From: an uncultured delta proteobacterium
GTDB lineage: Bacteria > Desulfobacterota > Syntrophobacteria > Syntrophobacterales > Syntrophobacteraceae
DNA length: 64,000 bases
Assembly: GCA_963808625.1 (NCBI GenBank)
Contig: CAWEHK010000023.1
Location: forward strand, 1-64,000
Direction of reading: 5' to 3'
The notes beneath the pieces are model-generated. The model saw nothing but the letters and a program-made list of their open reading frames with translations. It made no database searches and was not told where the DNA came from. The translations under genes and the position numbers were made by a program. Below, one piece after another: positions 8,212 through 17,281 of the stretch. How positions within the stretch are numbered: the first letter of the stretch is position 1; each line of letters begins with the position of its first letter.

Positions 8212-10269
8212 ATGAATCGTTTCTTTGATGCAAAAAGCGTGGTTGTGGTTGGGGTTTCGGCTTCTCCGCTGAATCTGGGGCGGGCGATGGTGCTCAATCT
8301 CCTGGAATTTGGCTATACGGGATACATCTACGTGGTCGGACCGAAGGGCGGGTCCTTCCTGGGGCATAAGATCTATCCCGAGGTAAAGGACATTCCGGAA
8401 CCAGTCGAACTCGCAGCCATTTTGGTCCCGGCCCCCGCCGTTCCCGAAGTCCTGCGGCAGTGCGGAGAGAAAGGGATCCCGAGAGTGGTGCTGGAGTCTG
8501 CGGGGTTCAGGGAGCTCGGTCCGGACCGCCTCGCCCTCGAGGACGAGGTTCGGGAGGTCCTGAAGCACTACGGAATGCGGATGATTGGTCCCAATGGCCT
8601 CGGCATCATCAATCGGCGGACCGGCCTCGCGGTGCCCTTCATGCCGTTTTCGGCCAGAGCCCCTCTCGGCAGGATCGCCGTGATCGCCCAAAGCGGCGGC
8701 GTCGGGGCGATGATGATCAACATGCTTGCCGCCGAAAACCTCGGCTTCAGCAAATTCGCCAGCATCGGCAACAAGCTGGATGTCAATGAAACCGACCTGG
8801 TGGAATACCTGATCGGGGATGACGAAACCGACGTTGTCTATGCCTATCTCGAGGGCATAACCGAAGGGCGCCGGCTGATGGAGATCGCCTGCCGTTCCTC
8901 CAAGCCAGTTGTCATCCAGAAGTCCAACCTGGGGCGGTCGGGAGCGCTGATTGCCCGCTCGCATTCGGCCTCCCTCTCGAACGACGATCAGGTCGTGGAC
9001 GCCGCCTTTCGCCAATGCGGCGTCATCCGCAGCCGGGAACAGCGGGAAACGATGGAAATCGTGAAGGCTTTTTCCCTTCCGCGGATGCGGGGGAACCGCC
9101 TGGCAATCATCTCCCGCTCGGGCGGGCACGCCGTTCTTGCCGCCGACGCGGCCGAGGAGTTTGGCTTTCAGTTGCCTGCCTTTCCTCCGGAAGTGCTTGG
9201 CAAGGTGCGGGAACATTCGCGGGCCGGGGTAATCGACTTTCATAATCCCCTCGATCTCGGGGACCTTTTCGATCTGGCACTCTACCGCGCGCTTGCAGAA
9301 ATGACCCTGGCGCGGGAGGACATCGATGGCATGGTCTTCATCCACAATTACCAGGGGGATATGGACGTTGAGGCGTCCCGGAGTCTCATCGTGAGCCTTG
9401 GCGCGCTGCTCGAGAAGGTTCGAAAACCGATCGCCATTTGCGTGTTCACGACTGACGATGAACTTCAGATCAACCGGGAGGCTGCCAACGTTCCCATCTT
9501 CACTGATCCAAGGGAAGCGGTCCGCTCTCTTGCCCGGACTCGAGACTACCATCGGAAGCACTTCCTGCCCTTTTCCAAGACCCGGCCCGAGCGGCTCGAC
9601 CGGGACAGGGCCCGGGTTGAGCTCGAAACCGCCGCCTCTGGCCCCATGGCTCCCGATAAACTGGCCTCGATCCTCTCGGCGTATGAAATCCCTCTGATTG
9701 CATGGCAGATGGCGGAAAATGAAGACGATGCTCGGCGCCTTGCCCGCAACCTGGGTTTCCCGGTGGTCCTGAAGACCGCACACCCGGAGGTAATCCACAA
9801 GAGTGACGCCGGCGGCGTGGTTCTCGACCTTGCCGACGACGATGCGGCAAGCCTGGCGTACCGGGGTTTGACGCACTTTGGGCCGCGTGTTGTGGTGCAA
9901 AAGATGTCACCGCCTGGTCTGGAATGGCTGGTTGGAGGGCGCCAGGACCCAAATTTCGGTCCGGTTGTCGTGGTCGGTCTGGGGGGAATCTATGTGGAAG
10001 TTTTCAGGGAGACCACGCTGCGTATCGCCCCCATCGACGATGAAGGGGCGCAGCAGATGATGGAAGAGTGCCGAGGATCGCTGCTGCTTCGAGGGGTGCG
10101 TGGGCAACCGCCTCTTGACGAACAGGCCCTCCTTGAGGTAATCGTCCGCGTTTCATGGCTGCTGGCTGACTTTTCGGAGATCCGGGAGCTTGACTTGAAC
10201 CCTGTACGTGTTTTCCGATCCGGGTGCCTCGCGCTCGACTGGCGCGCGGTGCTGGGGGGTGGCTCTTAG
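8212..10269 (+). CDS. ADP-forming acyl/acetate-CoA ligase family protein (fused alpha/beta)
   Basis: CoA-binding N-terminus, IGPNGLG, AQSGG, SIGNKLD, SHSAS, NPLD, HKSDAGGV and ELDLNPV. Confidence 0.93.
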   Translation: MNRFFDAKSVVVVGVSASPLNLGRAMVLNLLEFGYTGYIYVVGPKGGSFLGHKIYPEVKDIPEPVELAAILVPAPAVPEVLRQCGEKGIPRVVLESAGFRELGPDRLALEDEVREVLKHYGMRMIGPNGLGIINRRTGLAVPFMPFSARAPLGRIAVIAQSGGVGAMMINMLAAENLGFSKFASIGNKLDVNETDLVEYLIGDDETDVVYAYLEGITEGRRLMEIACRSSKPVVIQKSNLGRSGALIARSHSASLSNDDQVVDAAFRQCGVIRSREQRETMEIVKAFSLPRMRGNRLAIISRSGGHAVLAADAAEEFGFQLPAFPPEVLGKVREHSRAGVIDFHNPLDLGDLFDLALYRALAEMTLAREDIDGMVFIHNYQGDMDVEASRSLIVSLGALLEKVRKPIAICVFTTDDELQINREAANVPIFTDPREAVRSLARTRDYHRKHFLPFSKTRPERLDRDRARVELETAASGPMAPDKLASILSAYEIPLIAWQMAENEDDARRLARNLGFPVVLKTAHPEVIHKSDAGGVVLDLADDDAASLAYRGLTHFGPRVVVQKMSPPGLEWLVGGRQDPNFGPVVVVGLGGIYVEVFRETTLRIAPIDDEGAQQMMEECRGSLLLRGVRGQPPLDEQALLEVIVRVSWLLADFSEIRELDLNPVRVFRSGCLALDWRAVLGGGS

Positions 10270-10322
10270 CTCTTGGCTCTTGGCGCTTGGCCCTTGGTTG
10301 TCAGCGGTTGGCGGTTGGCGGT
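10267..10322 (+). repeat. Heptamer tandem repeat (GCTCTTG / GCGGTTG type)
   Basis: tagctct tggctct tggcgct tggccct tggttg... directly after the stop codon. Confidence 0.55.
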
Positions 10323-10498
10323 CAGTTTTTCTGTTAAATTCTTATTGTACATTGGGGAGTGATTCTGTTATCAACATACGCCAAGATCAGGTTCGGGAAA
10401 GGGGGGATAAGGTATTGTGAGTTAAGGGAAAATGGTAAATCAAGTTACGTTTTTGAGGAATGACGTTAAGCGCGATAAGAAAAGTTTGAGGAGGAAAA

Positions 10499-10795
10499 AT
10501 GATGAGACAGAACAAAAAACTGGTCTATGCGTTGGTTATTGCTTTCGTTTTTTCCTTTGCCTTTGCGATATGCGTGAAGTCGGCCTCGGCGGCGGATGAG
10601 GAAGAGACCATTGCCGGGACCGTCGTTAAGACGGATAAGGGTATCGTCATCGAAGCAGAGGATGGGGATTATATCGTCAAGGGGAAGGACCTCTCAAAAA
10701 TGGTCGGCAAGATGGTCGAAGCTACCGGCAAGATTACCGAAAGTGACAAGGGTGACGTGATTGATGTGACGTCTTTCGAGGAAATCCAGGAATAG
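10499..10795 (+). CDS. Small exported protein, probable OB-fold
   Basis: RBS GAGGAGG, signal peptide ending ASA-A, and beta-rich TIAGTVVK...VGKMVEATGKI. Confidence 0.8.
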   Translation: MMRQNKKLVYALVIAFVFSFAFAICVKSASAADEEETIAGTVVKTDKGIVIEAEDGDYIVKGKDLSKMVGKMVEATGKITESDKGDVIDVTSFEEIQE

Positions 10796-10825
10796 ATGAT
10801 TCCCGGAGGCAAATGAGCGTTTTGA

Positions 10826-10886
10826 CACAGGTACGCACGATGACGCGGTTTGTGCTTCCTTCGACGGTGCGTGCCTGTGGCTTTTC
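10826..10886 (+). terminator. Inverted repeat, possible terminator
   Basis: CACAGGTACGCAC...GTGCGTGCCTGTG followed by GCTTTT; the loop is unusually large. Confidence 0.35.
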
Positions 10887-11006
10887 CATGCGGTGGAGCT
10901 CAGGGCTCAGGGGTCGGAAGGAAACTTGGGACAGGCAAGGATTTTATTCTCGATTGAGGTGAAACCCCCAAAGATTGAACTCATCACCTGACAGGGAGCC
11001 AAGAGC

Positions 11007-12350
11007 ATGCAAGATAGCCTCTTCCTTGAAAAGGGCACTGGAACTCCAGATGAAGAAGTTGAACCTCCGAGCAGACCTGCTTGTGCCACCGCGGTTCCCA
11101 GGCTCAATCTCGTTCCGCACTCTTTGCCATCGGCCTGTCAGATTTCGGCAGAATCATTGGATCACGGGGACTTGCGGCCGGAGTTCCAGGGTGGTGCGGA
11201 CCCCTTTCTGGTCAGTCCCATTGGCGATCATTTCCGAAGAAGATTTTACCCAACCGCGACGAACAGCGATTGGAACGACTGGCGCTGGCAATTGCATCAC
11301 CGCATTCAGGAGCTCGATGAATTGGCGCAAATCATCGAGCTCTCCGATGACGAACGTACCGCTATCGCCAATTATCAAGGGCACCTGCCCCTTGCCATTA
11401 CGCCCTACTATGCCAGCCTGCTCGAGGCGAAGAACCCCTTACAACCCCTGCGCCGCACGGTGGTCCCGGTAAATGCCGAATACTGCCGTACCAACGGAGA
11501 AGCGGAAGACCCCCTGGGTGAGGAAAATGACACTCCGGTCGCGGGAGTGGTGCATCGCTATCCGGACCGTGCGCTCTTTTTGGTCACCGGTTTGTGTTCC
11601 ACCTACTGCCGCTACTGCACACGGTCGCGGATGGTAGGCAACAGCAATGGATACCGCTTCAATGAGGACGGTTGGGAGCAGGCGATTGCGTATATCGAAA
11701 AGACGCCTGCCATTCGCGACGTGCTCCTCTCGGGCGGCGACCCCTTGACCCTGTCCGACAGGAAGCTCGAATGGATCTTATCGCGGTTGAGACGCATTCC
11801 CCATGTTGAATTCCTCCGCATCGGGACCAAGGTCCCCGTGGTTTTGCCGCAGCGCATCTCCCTGGCCCTGACCCGGATGCTGAAACGATATCACCCGCTA
11901 TGGGTGAGCATCCATGTCACCCACCCCGCGGAGTTGACGCCGGAGGTAGCGCAGGCCTGCAGTCGGCTGGCCGATGCCGGAATCCCCCTGGGCAGCCAGA
12001 CGGTCCTGCTCTCCGGGGTGAACGATAACGTCGCGACGATGAGGGAGCTCTTTCGCGGCTTGCTCAGAATGCGGGTTCGGCCCTACTATCTCTATCAGTG
12101 TGATCCCATTCCGGGTTCATCCCATTTCCGGACGCCGGTCGAAAAGGGGCTGGAAATCATCCAAGGTCTTCGCGGCCACACAACTGGTTACGCAGTTCCT
12201 ACCTACGTGATCGATTCCCCGGGAGGCGGTGGGAAGATTGCCCTGCTGCCGGAACACGTGGCGGGGAGGGACGGTGATGAGCTCCTGCTGCGAAACTATC
12301 AAGGCGAAATTTATCGGTATCCTGATCCGAACGGGAGCGTGGCACGATGA
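11007..12350 (+). CDS. kamA: KamA-family radical SAM aminomutase (lysine 2,3-aminomutase-like)
   Basis: HRYPDR, CSTYCRYCTR, LSGGDPL, SQTVLL.GVND, PYYLYQCD and YVIDSPGGGGK (PLP lysine). Confidence 0.93.
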   Translation: MQDSLFLEKGTGTPDEEVEPPSRPACATAVPRLNLVPHSLPSACQISAESLDHGDLRPEFQGGADPFLVSPIGDHFRRRFYPTATNSDWNDWRWQLHHRIQELDELAQIIELSDDERTAIANYQGHLPLAITPYYASLLEAKNPLQPLRRTVVPVNAEYCRTNGEAEDPLGEENDTPVAGVVHRYPDRALFLVTGLCSTYCRYCTRSRMVGNSNGYRFNEDGWEQAIAYIEKTPAIRDVLLSGGDPLTLSDRKLEWILSRLRRIPHVEFLRIGTKVPVVLPQRISLALTRMLKRYHPLWVSIHVTHPAELTPEVAQACSRLADAGIPLGSQTVLLSGVNDNVATMRELFRGLLRMRVRPYYLYQCDPIPGSSHFRTPVEKGLEIIQGLRGHTTGYAVPTYVIDSPGGGGKIALLPEHVAGRDGDELLLRNYQGEIYRYPDPNGSVAR

Positions 12351-13345
12351 GGGTGGGGATCACGTATGACCTTCGTGATGACTACCTTGCGCTGGGGTTT
12401 GGAGAGGAGGAAACGGCCGAATTTGACCGCCTGGAAACCATCGACGCCATCGACCACACGCTCCAGGCTCTGGGGCACAGCATCGACCGGATCGGGCACC
12501 TAAGGACCCTGGTGGAACGCCTGGCCGGCGGTGACCGCTGGGACCTCGTTTTCAACATCGCCGAAGGCCTTCACGGATACGGGCGCGAAGCCCAGGTGCC
12601 GGCGCTTCTGGATGCCTACGAAATCCCCTATACCTTTTCTGATCCGCTCGCTCTTACCATGACCCTGCATAAAGGCATGGCGAAGCATGTCGCTCGGGGC
12701 TGCGGTATTCCAACACCGGACTTTTTCGTGGTGAAATCGGAGTCCGATATTGCGAAGGTCGACCTGCCGTTCCCGCTATTTGCCAAGCCTGTAGCCGAAG
12801 GTACGGGGAAGGGTGTTACGGCCGCATCGAGGCTCTCCAACCGCCAGGAACTGGGATTTCAATGCACCAGGCTCTTGTCGGAATATCGACAGCCGGTCAT
12901 CGTCGAAACTTTTCTCCCCGGTCGGGAATTCACCGTGGGGGTCGTTGGAACCGGCGAGCAGGCGCGGGCCGTCGGGATCATGGAGGTGGTACTGAAGGAC
13001 CATGCCGAGCCGCATGCCTACTCCTATGTCAACAAAGAAAGGTGCGAAGAATTCGTTGAGTACCATGCTGTGGAGGGTGGTGTCGCAGAACAGGCCAAGG
13101 AGATCGCTCTTGCTGCCTGGCGCGTTCTCGAGTGCCGGGATGGCGGTCGCCTCGACTTGCGGGCCGACGCCGAGGGCCGGATTCATTTCCTGGAGGTCAA
13201 CCCGCTGCCGGGCCTGCACCCCGAACACTCCGATCTGCCGATTCTTTGCACCATGTCCGGCATTTCCTATCGAGAACTCATCGCCTGGATCATGGAATCA
13301 GCCATGGGACGGGTTAATGGTCAGTGGTTGGTGGCGAGTGGCTAA
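12347..13345 (+). CDS. D-Ala-D-Ala ligase-like ATP-grasp enzyme
   Basis: VFNIAEG, GREAQVP, KPVAEGTGKG, FLPGREFTVG, RLDLR and EVNPLPGL; coupled to kamA by ATGA overlap. Confidence 0.9.
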   Translation: MRVGITYDLRDDYLALGFGEEETAEFDRLETIDAIDHTLQALGHSIDRIGHLRTLVERLAGGDRWDLVFNIAEGLHGYGREAQVPALLDAYEIPYTFSDPLALTMTLHKGMAKHVARGCGIPTPDFFVVKSESDIAKVDLPFPLFAKPVAEGTGKGVTAASRLSNRQELGFQCTRLLSEYRQPVIVETFLPGREFTVGVVGTGEQARAVGIMEVVLKDHAEPHAYSYVNKERCEEFVEYHAVEGGVAEQAKEIALAAWRVLECRDGGRLDLRADAEGRIHFLEVNPLPGLHPEHSDLPILCTMSGISYRELIAWIMESAMGRVNGQWLVASG

Positions 13346-13460
13346 TGGCTGGTGACGAGTAGCTAATGGCTGGTGACGAGTAGCTAATGGCTGGTGACGA
13401 GTAGCTAATGGTTGGTGGCGAGTAGCTGATGGCTGGTGACGAGTGGCTAATGGCTGGTGG
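13320..13460 (+). repeat. 21-bp tandem repeat, about 6.5 copies
   Basis: Unit GCTAATGGCTGGTGACGAGTA (three degenerate heptamers), no spacers. Confidence 0.9.
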
Positions 13461-13485
13461 ATAGTGATCTCCACGAAATTACCCC

Positions 13486-13898
13486 CGTCATACCGGCGAA
13501 AGCCGGTATCCAGGCTACCCATCTGGATTCCGGCGTACGCCCATTGGCGTCAATTTAACCCGATGGAAGGCGCATCGTCGTTCACGATCAGGATGGTGCA
13601 TCTTTTTTTACCCCGAAGGGGTTGTATAGTTAAGCCCAGGGTCAGCTGAGCGCCACCCTGGGTATGGGTGCCCAGCAAGGATCCATACCCTGAAAGGGTT
13701 ACATAAAAAGGATTTCTCATAACAGATTCGGTTGCTCGCCATGGTTCTCTTTGATGTAACCCCTTCAGGGTAAAATGGTTTATGGCATCTCCTGACCCAG
13801 GGTGGCGCTACCGCTGACCCTGGGCTGACTTATGAAACCCCTTCGGGGTAGGTAGGGAATGCTTAAGTTGACGCGCATGGGCTTACGCCGGAATGACG
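13486..13898. repeat. REP-like palindrome interrupted by a MITE
   Basis: CGTCATACCGGCGAAAGCCGGTATCCAG...CTGGATTCCGGCGTACGC [insert] GCTTACGCCGGAATGACG. Confidence 0.75.
13541..13880. mobile_element. Non-autonomous MITE-like element carrying nested REP-like inverted repeats
   Basis: TIRs CCATTGGCGTCAATTTAA / TTAAGTTGACGCGCATGG, flanked by near-identical 8-mers GCGTACGC (13533-13540) and GCTTACGC (13881-13888). Internal inverted repeats at about 13609-13663 and 13794-13850. Confidence 0.7.
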
Positions 13899-13981
13899 CA
13901 GAGGGCTTTTGCGCTTTGTTGCGGCCCTCTGGATCATGGAAGTTAGTTGCTGGTGGTTTGGAACAGGGGTGAATGGGGCGG

Positions 13982-15568
13982 ATGAAGGTTGCGGTTTTGC
14001 ACAGTGACGTGACCGCGGGAGGGTGCAAGGACGAGGATGATGTTCTGGTCCAGGCTGAGGTGGTCTCACGGGCCCTCTCGATGCTGGGATACGAACCCGC
14101 CCTCATGCCATTCTCTGCGGATATTGGAGCGATGGCGAACCGGCTTCGAGCATTCGACCCGGCCTTTGTCTTCAACCTGGTGGAAACCGTGGAGGGGACA
14201 GGGCGGCTGATCTACCTGGCGCCTGCAGTGCTTGATCTGATCGGAATCAGCTACACCGGAGCAGCCACCGAAGCGGTTTTCCTGACATCCAACAAAGTCG
14301 TCGCCAAACAATTTCTCGCCGGATCGGGAATACGAACGCCTCCGTGGCTCTCGGCGGAAGATCTTCGAAGAGGTACTCCGGTTGCTCGCGGAGCTTATAT
14401 CATCAAATCGGTCTGGGAACATGCCTCCATTGGGCTGGATGATCAGGCGACAGTCTTTGTAAATCATCCGGATGAGCTCCTTGATGAGCTGCAAAGCCGG
14501 AAGGGGAAGCTCGGCGGAGAAGGGTTTGCGGAAGTCTTTATTGAGGGCAGGGAATTTAATCTTTCCCTTCTCGCAGGGCGCAGGGGGCCGGAAGTCCTCC
14601 CGCCCGCCGAGATCCGCTTTGATGCTTTTCCTCCGGAAAAACCAAGAGTGGTGGGATACGCTGCCAAATGGGAGCCCGAGTCTTTTGAATATTGCCATAC
14701 TCCGAGGCGCTTTGACTTTCCGGAAGAGGACGCGTCCTTGCTTGGAGAGCTCGAGAGGGTCGCCCGAGACTGCTGGGACCTTTTCTCCTTGCGCGGCTAT
14801 GCCAGGGTTGATTTTCGGGTTGATCCATCCGGCCGGCCATGGGTCCTGGAGGTAAACACCAACCCGTGCCTTTCTCCTGATGCGGGATTTGTTGCTGCTG
14901 CGGAGCAGGCCGGCATCAGTTTCGAGCAGGTCATTGAAAGGATAGTCGCGAATTCGTGGCCGGTCGGGGATGACCGGCGTGCCATTTCAATCCGATCAGA
15001 TCTAATGAAACCAAACCATGAAGCACAGGAAGGACGCGAAGTTCCCTTGTCGCATAGGGGTGAGGCAGTCCTGCCATCGGGTGATATCCCGGTCAGCTTT
15101 CGGGAAGCAGTGAAGCCTGCCGATGCCGAGGATGTTCGTCGCATCGTTGAATCCTCCGGGTTCTTCTCTCCCGAGGAAGTCCGGGTAGCCGTCGAACTGG
15201 TAGGGGAGCGCTTGAGCCGGGGCCTGGCGAGCGGCTATCATTTTCTCTTTGCGGAACATCACGGCACCCCTGTCGGCTATACCTGTTTCGGGCCCATCGC
15301 CTGCACGAGAGCGAGCTACGATCTGTACTGGATTGCTGTGCACAAGGAGTTCAGAGGCTCGGGGATTGGCCGCGAGTTGCTCTTAAGAAGCCTCCGGGTC
15401 ATTGAAAGCCTTGGTGGTGTGGGCACCTACATCGAAACCTCTTCTCGTGCTCAGTATGAGTCCACGCGCTTGTTTTATAGAAACCATGGTTTCGAGGCAG
15501 TGGCCGTCTTGAATGATTTCTATGACCTTGGGGACGATAAAATAGTTTTTGCTCGAATGATCCAGTGA
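13982..15568 (+). CDS. ATP-grasp (Ddl-like) ligase fused to a C-terminal GNAT acetyltransferase
   Basis: VFNLVE, IIKSVWEHASIG, GREFN, GYARVDFR and EVNTNPCL, then YDLYWIAVHKEFRGSGIG...YIETSS...FYRNHGF. Confidence 0.9.
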   Translation: MKVAVLHSDVTAGGCKDEDDVLVQAEVVSRALSMLGYEPALMPFSADIGAMANRLRAFDPAFVFNLVETVEGTGRLIYLAPAVLDLIGISYTGAATEAVFLTSNKVVAKQFLAGSGIRTPPWLSAEDLRRGTPVARGAYIIKSVWEHASIGLDDQATVFVNHPDELLDELQSRKGKLGGEGFAEVFIEGREFNLSLLAGRRGPEVLPPAEIRFDAFPPEKPRVVGYAAKWEPESFEYCHTPRRFDFPEEDASLLGELERVARDCWDLFSLRGYARVDFRVDPSGRPWVLEVNTNPCLSPDAGFVAAAEQAGISFEQVIERIVANSWPVGDDRRAISIRSDLMKPNHEAQEGREVPLSHRGEAVLPSGDIPVSFREAVKPADAEDVRRIVESSGFFSPEEVRVAVELVGERLSRGLASGYHFLFAEHHGTPVGYTCFGPIACTRASYDLYWIAVHKEFRGSGIGRELLLRSLRVIESLGGVGTYIETSSRAQYESTRLFYRNHGFEAVAVLNDFYDLGDDKIVFARMIQ

Positions 15569-15578
15569 GCATTATGTA

Positions 15579-16691
15579 ATGCTGTGGTTTCTGCTGATCT
15601 TCATCTCCGTTTACACCCTCATGAACGGGCCGGTCTATTTTAAGGCAAAGGCGCTCTTACCGGCCCGCTGGGGTCTGCACACTCTTCTCCTCTTGTTTGT
15701 TGTACTCATGATCGCTGCCCCCATCGGCGTTCGTTTGCTCGAAAAGTATGGCTATGAAGGGCCTGCCAGGCTGCTGGCCTATCTCGGTTACAACTGGATG
15801 GGTTTTGTCTTCCTTTCACTCTGGGGGTTCCTGGTCGCCGGGGCCATCGGACTTGTCTTGAAGCTTCTCGATGCGGTTGTGGGGGTCAAGCTTCCTTCGT
15901 TAACCGGGAAGGGCGGCACGGCGATGGTCTTCACGGCGGTGCTGCTGACCTGCATCTACGGTTACTGGGAGGCGCGGTCGATAAGGGTGGAACACATCGA
16001 GATCAGAACCGGAAAACTGCCCTCGGGGATGGATCGCCTGAAAATCGCGCAAATCTCGGATGTGCACCTCGGACTCATTAACGGGAAAGAACGGCTCCAA
16101 AGGCTTGTCGACCTGATTCTCGCCGAGCAACCCGATCTCCTCGTTGCCACCGGAGATATCGTGGACGGGGACATGGCGAGGAATGGGGAAATCCATGCAC
16201 TGCTGAAGCGAATCCAGCCGCGATTCGGAAAATATGCCGTGACGGGCAATCACGAATTCTACGCCGGCCTGGCGCAAGCACTTGAAACGATTGAACGTTC
16301 CGGGTTCAAAATGTTGCGGGGGGAGGGCGTCACCGCAGAAGGAGTGCTCAACATTGTCGGCATTGATGATCCCACGGGAGGACCCGGGACCGACGAAGCA
16401 ACGCTTCTTGCTTCGTCACGAAACGGGCTGTTCACCCTGTTTCTCAAGCATCGCCCGGAAGTTCCCGAAGCAAGCCGGGGACTTTTCGATCTGCAGCTCT
16501 CCGGGCACACTCATCGAGGGCAAATCTTTCCCTTTCGATATTTTACCGGCATGGTCTATCCCTTGCAAAACGGACTCCATGACCTGGGAAAGGGATCGCT
16601 GCTTTATGCCAGCCGCGGCTCCGGCACCTGGGGACCGCCCCTGCGGGTCCTGTCTCCACCCGAGGTGACGATCATCGAGTTGGTCAGGTGA
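15579..16691 (+). CDS. Membrane-anchored calcineurin-like metallophosphoesterase
   Basis: Four TM segments, then SDVHLG, TGDIVD, TGNHE and LSGHTHRGQ. Confidence 0.93.
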   Translation: MLWFLLIFISVYTLMNGPVYFKAKALLPARWGLHTLLLLFVVLMIAAPIGVRLLEKYGYEGPARLLAYLGYNWMGFVFLSLWGFLVAGAIGLVLKLLDAVVGVKLPSLTGKGGTAMVFTAVLLTCIYGYWEARSIRVEHIEIRTGKLPSGMDRLKIAQISDVHLGLINGKERLQRLVDLILAEQPDLLVATGDIVDGDMARNGEIHALLKRIQPRFGKYAVTGNHEFYAGLAQALETIERSGFKMLRGEGVTAEGVLNIVGIDDPTGGPGTDEATLLASSRNGLFTLFLKHRPEVPEASRGLFDLQLSGHTHRGQIFPFRYFTGMVYPLQNGLHDLGKGSLLYASRGSGTWGPPLRVLSPPEVTIIELVR

Positions 16692-16795
16692 CTTTCGGCA
16701 TTGGTTTCAAAAAGCCATCCACGAAGGCACACGAAGAAAATCCATGAAGACACACGAAAGAGGAGAAATCAATCTTTGAATGTGCCTCAACCGTA

Positions 16796-17281
16796 TCAGG
16801 AATCCCTGGAGCGTTTGCGAAGCCGCTCCATTTCGCGGGTTTCTTCCTTTCTCTTGAGGCTTTCGCGTTTGTCGTAGAGCTTTTTCCCGCGCGCAAGGCC
16901 CAGCTCAACCTTGGCCCTGCTTTTGTTAAAATAGATTTTCAGGGGAATGAGAGCAAACCCCTTTTCCTGGGTCTTGCCCAGAAGACGTTTGATCTCGTCC
17001 TTGTGAAGCAGCAGTTTTCTGACCCTTTCGGGCTCGTGGTTATCATACGTAGCATGGGTATAGGCACTGATGTGGAGCCCGTATAGATAGATTTCGCTGT
17101 TCCTGATTTTGGCGTAGCTATCCTTCAGGTTGGCCCGCCCCTGACGCAAGGATTTTACTTCCGTGCCCAGCAGGACCATGCCGGCCTCGAAGGTCTCCAA
17201 TATTTCGTAGTCATGGAAGGCCTTTTTGTTTTGGCAGACGATTCGGACCCCGTCTTTGGGGGCTGTTTTGGCTTTCGACAT
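16796..17281 (-). CDS. smpB: SsrA-binding protein
   Basis: NKKAFHDY...[15 protein letters not shown]...RKLLLHK...[10 protein letters not shown]. Confidence 0.98.
   Translation of the reverse strand: MSKAKTAPKDGVRIVCQNKKAFHDYEILETFEAGMVLLGTEVKSLRQGRANLKDSYAKIRNSEIYLYGLHISAYTHATYDNHEPERVRKLLLHKDEIKRLLGKTQEKGFALIPLKIYFNKSRAKVELGLARGKKLYDKRESLKRKEETREMERLRKRSRDS

Noticed and set aside
8188..9900. 570-aa minus-strand ORF
   Set aside because: Antisense shadow of the acyl-CoA ligase. The same applies to 1923-3185, 17638-19080, 35235-36410, 46469-47374 and 61355-62590.
11007..12350. EpmB (EF-P modification) or glutamate 2,3-aminomutase call
   Set aside because: No efp/epmA neighbours; both substrate-binding Asp positions are lysine-type; operon context is with ATP-grasp ligases.
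13320..13460. Possible CRISPR array
   Set aside because: The 21-bp units are contiguous with no unique spacers, and there are no cas genes.
16692..16795. tmRNA next to smpB
   Set aside because: No tRNA-like ends or tag frame; only a short CACGAAG-type repeat.
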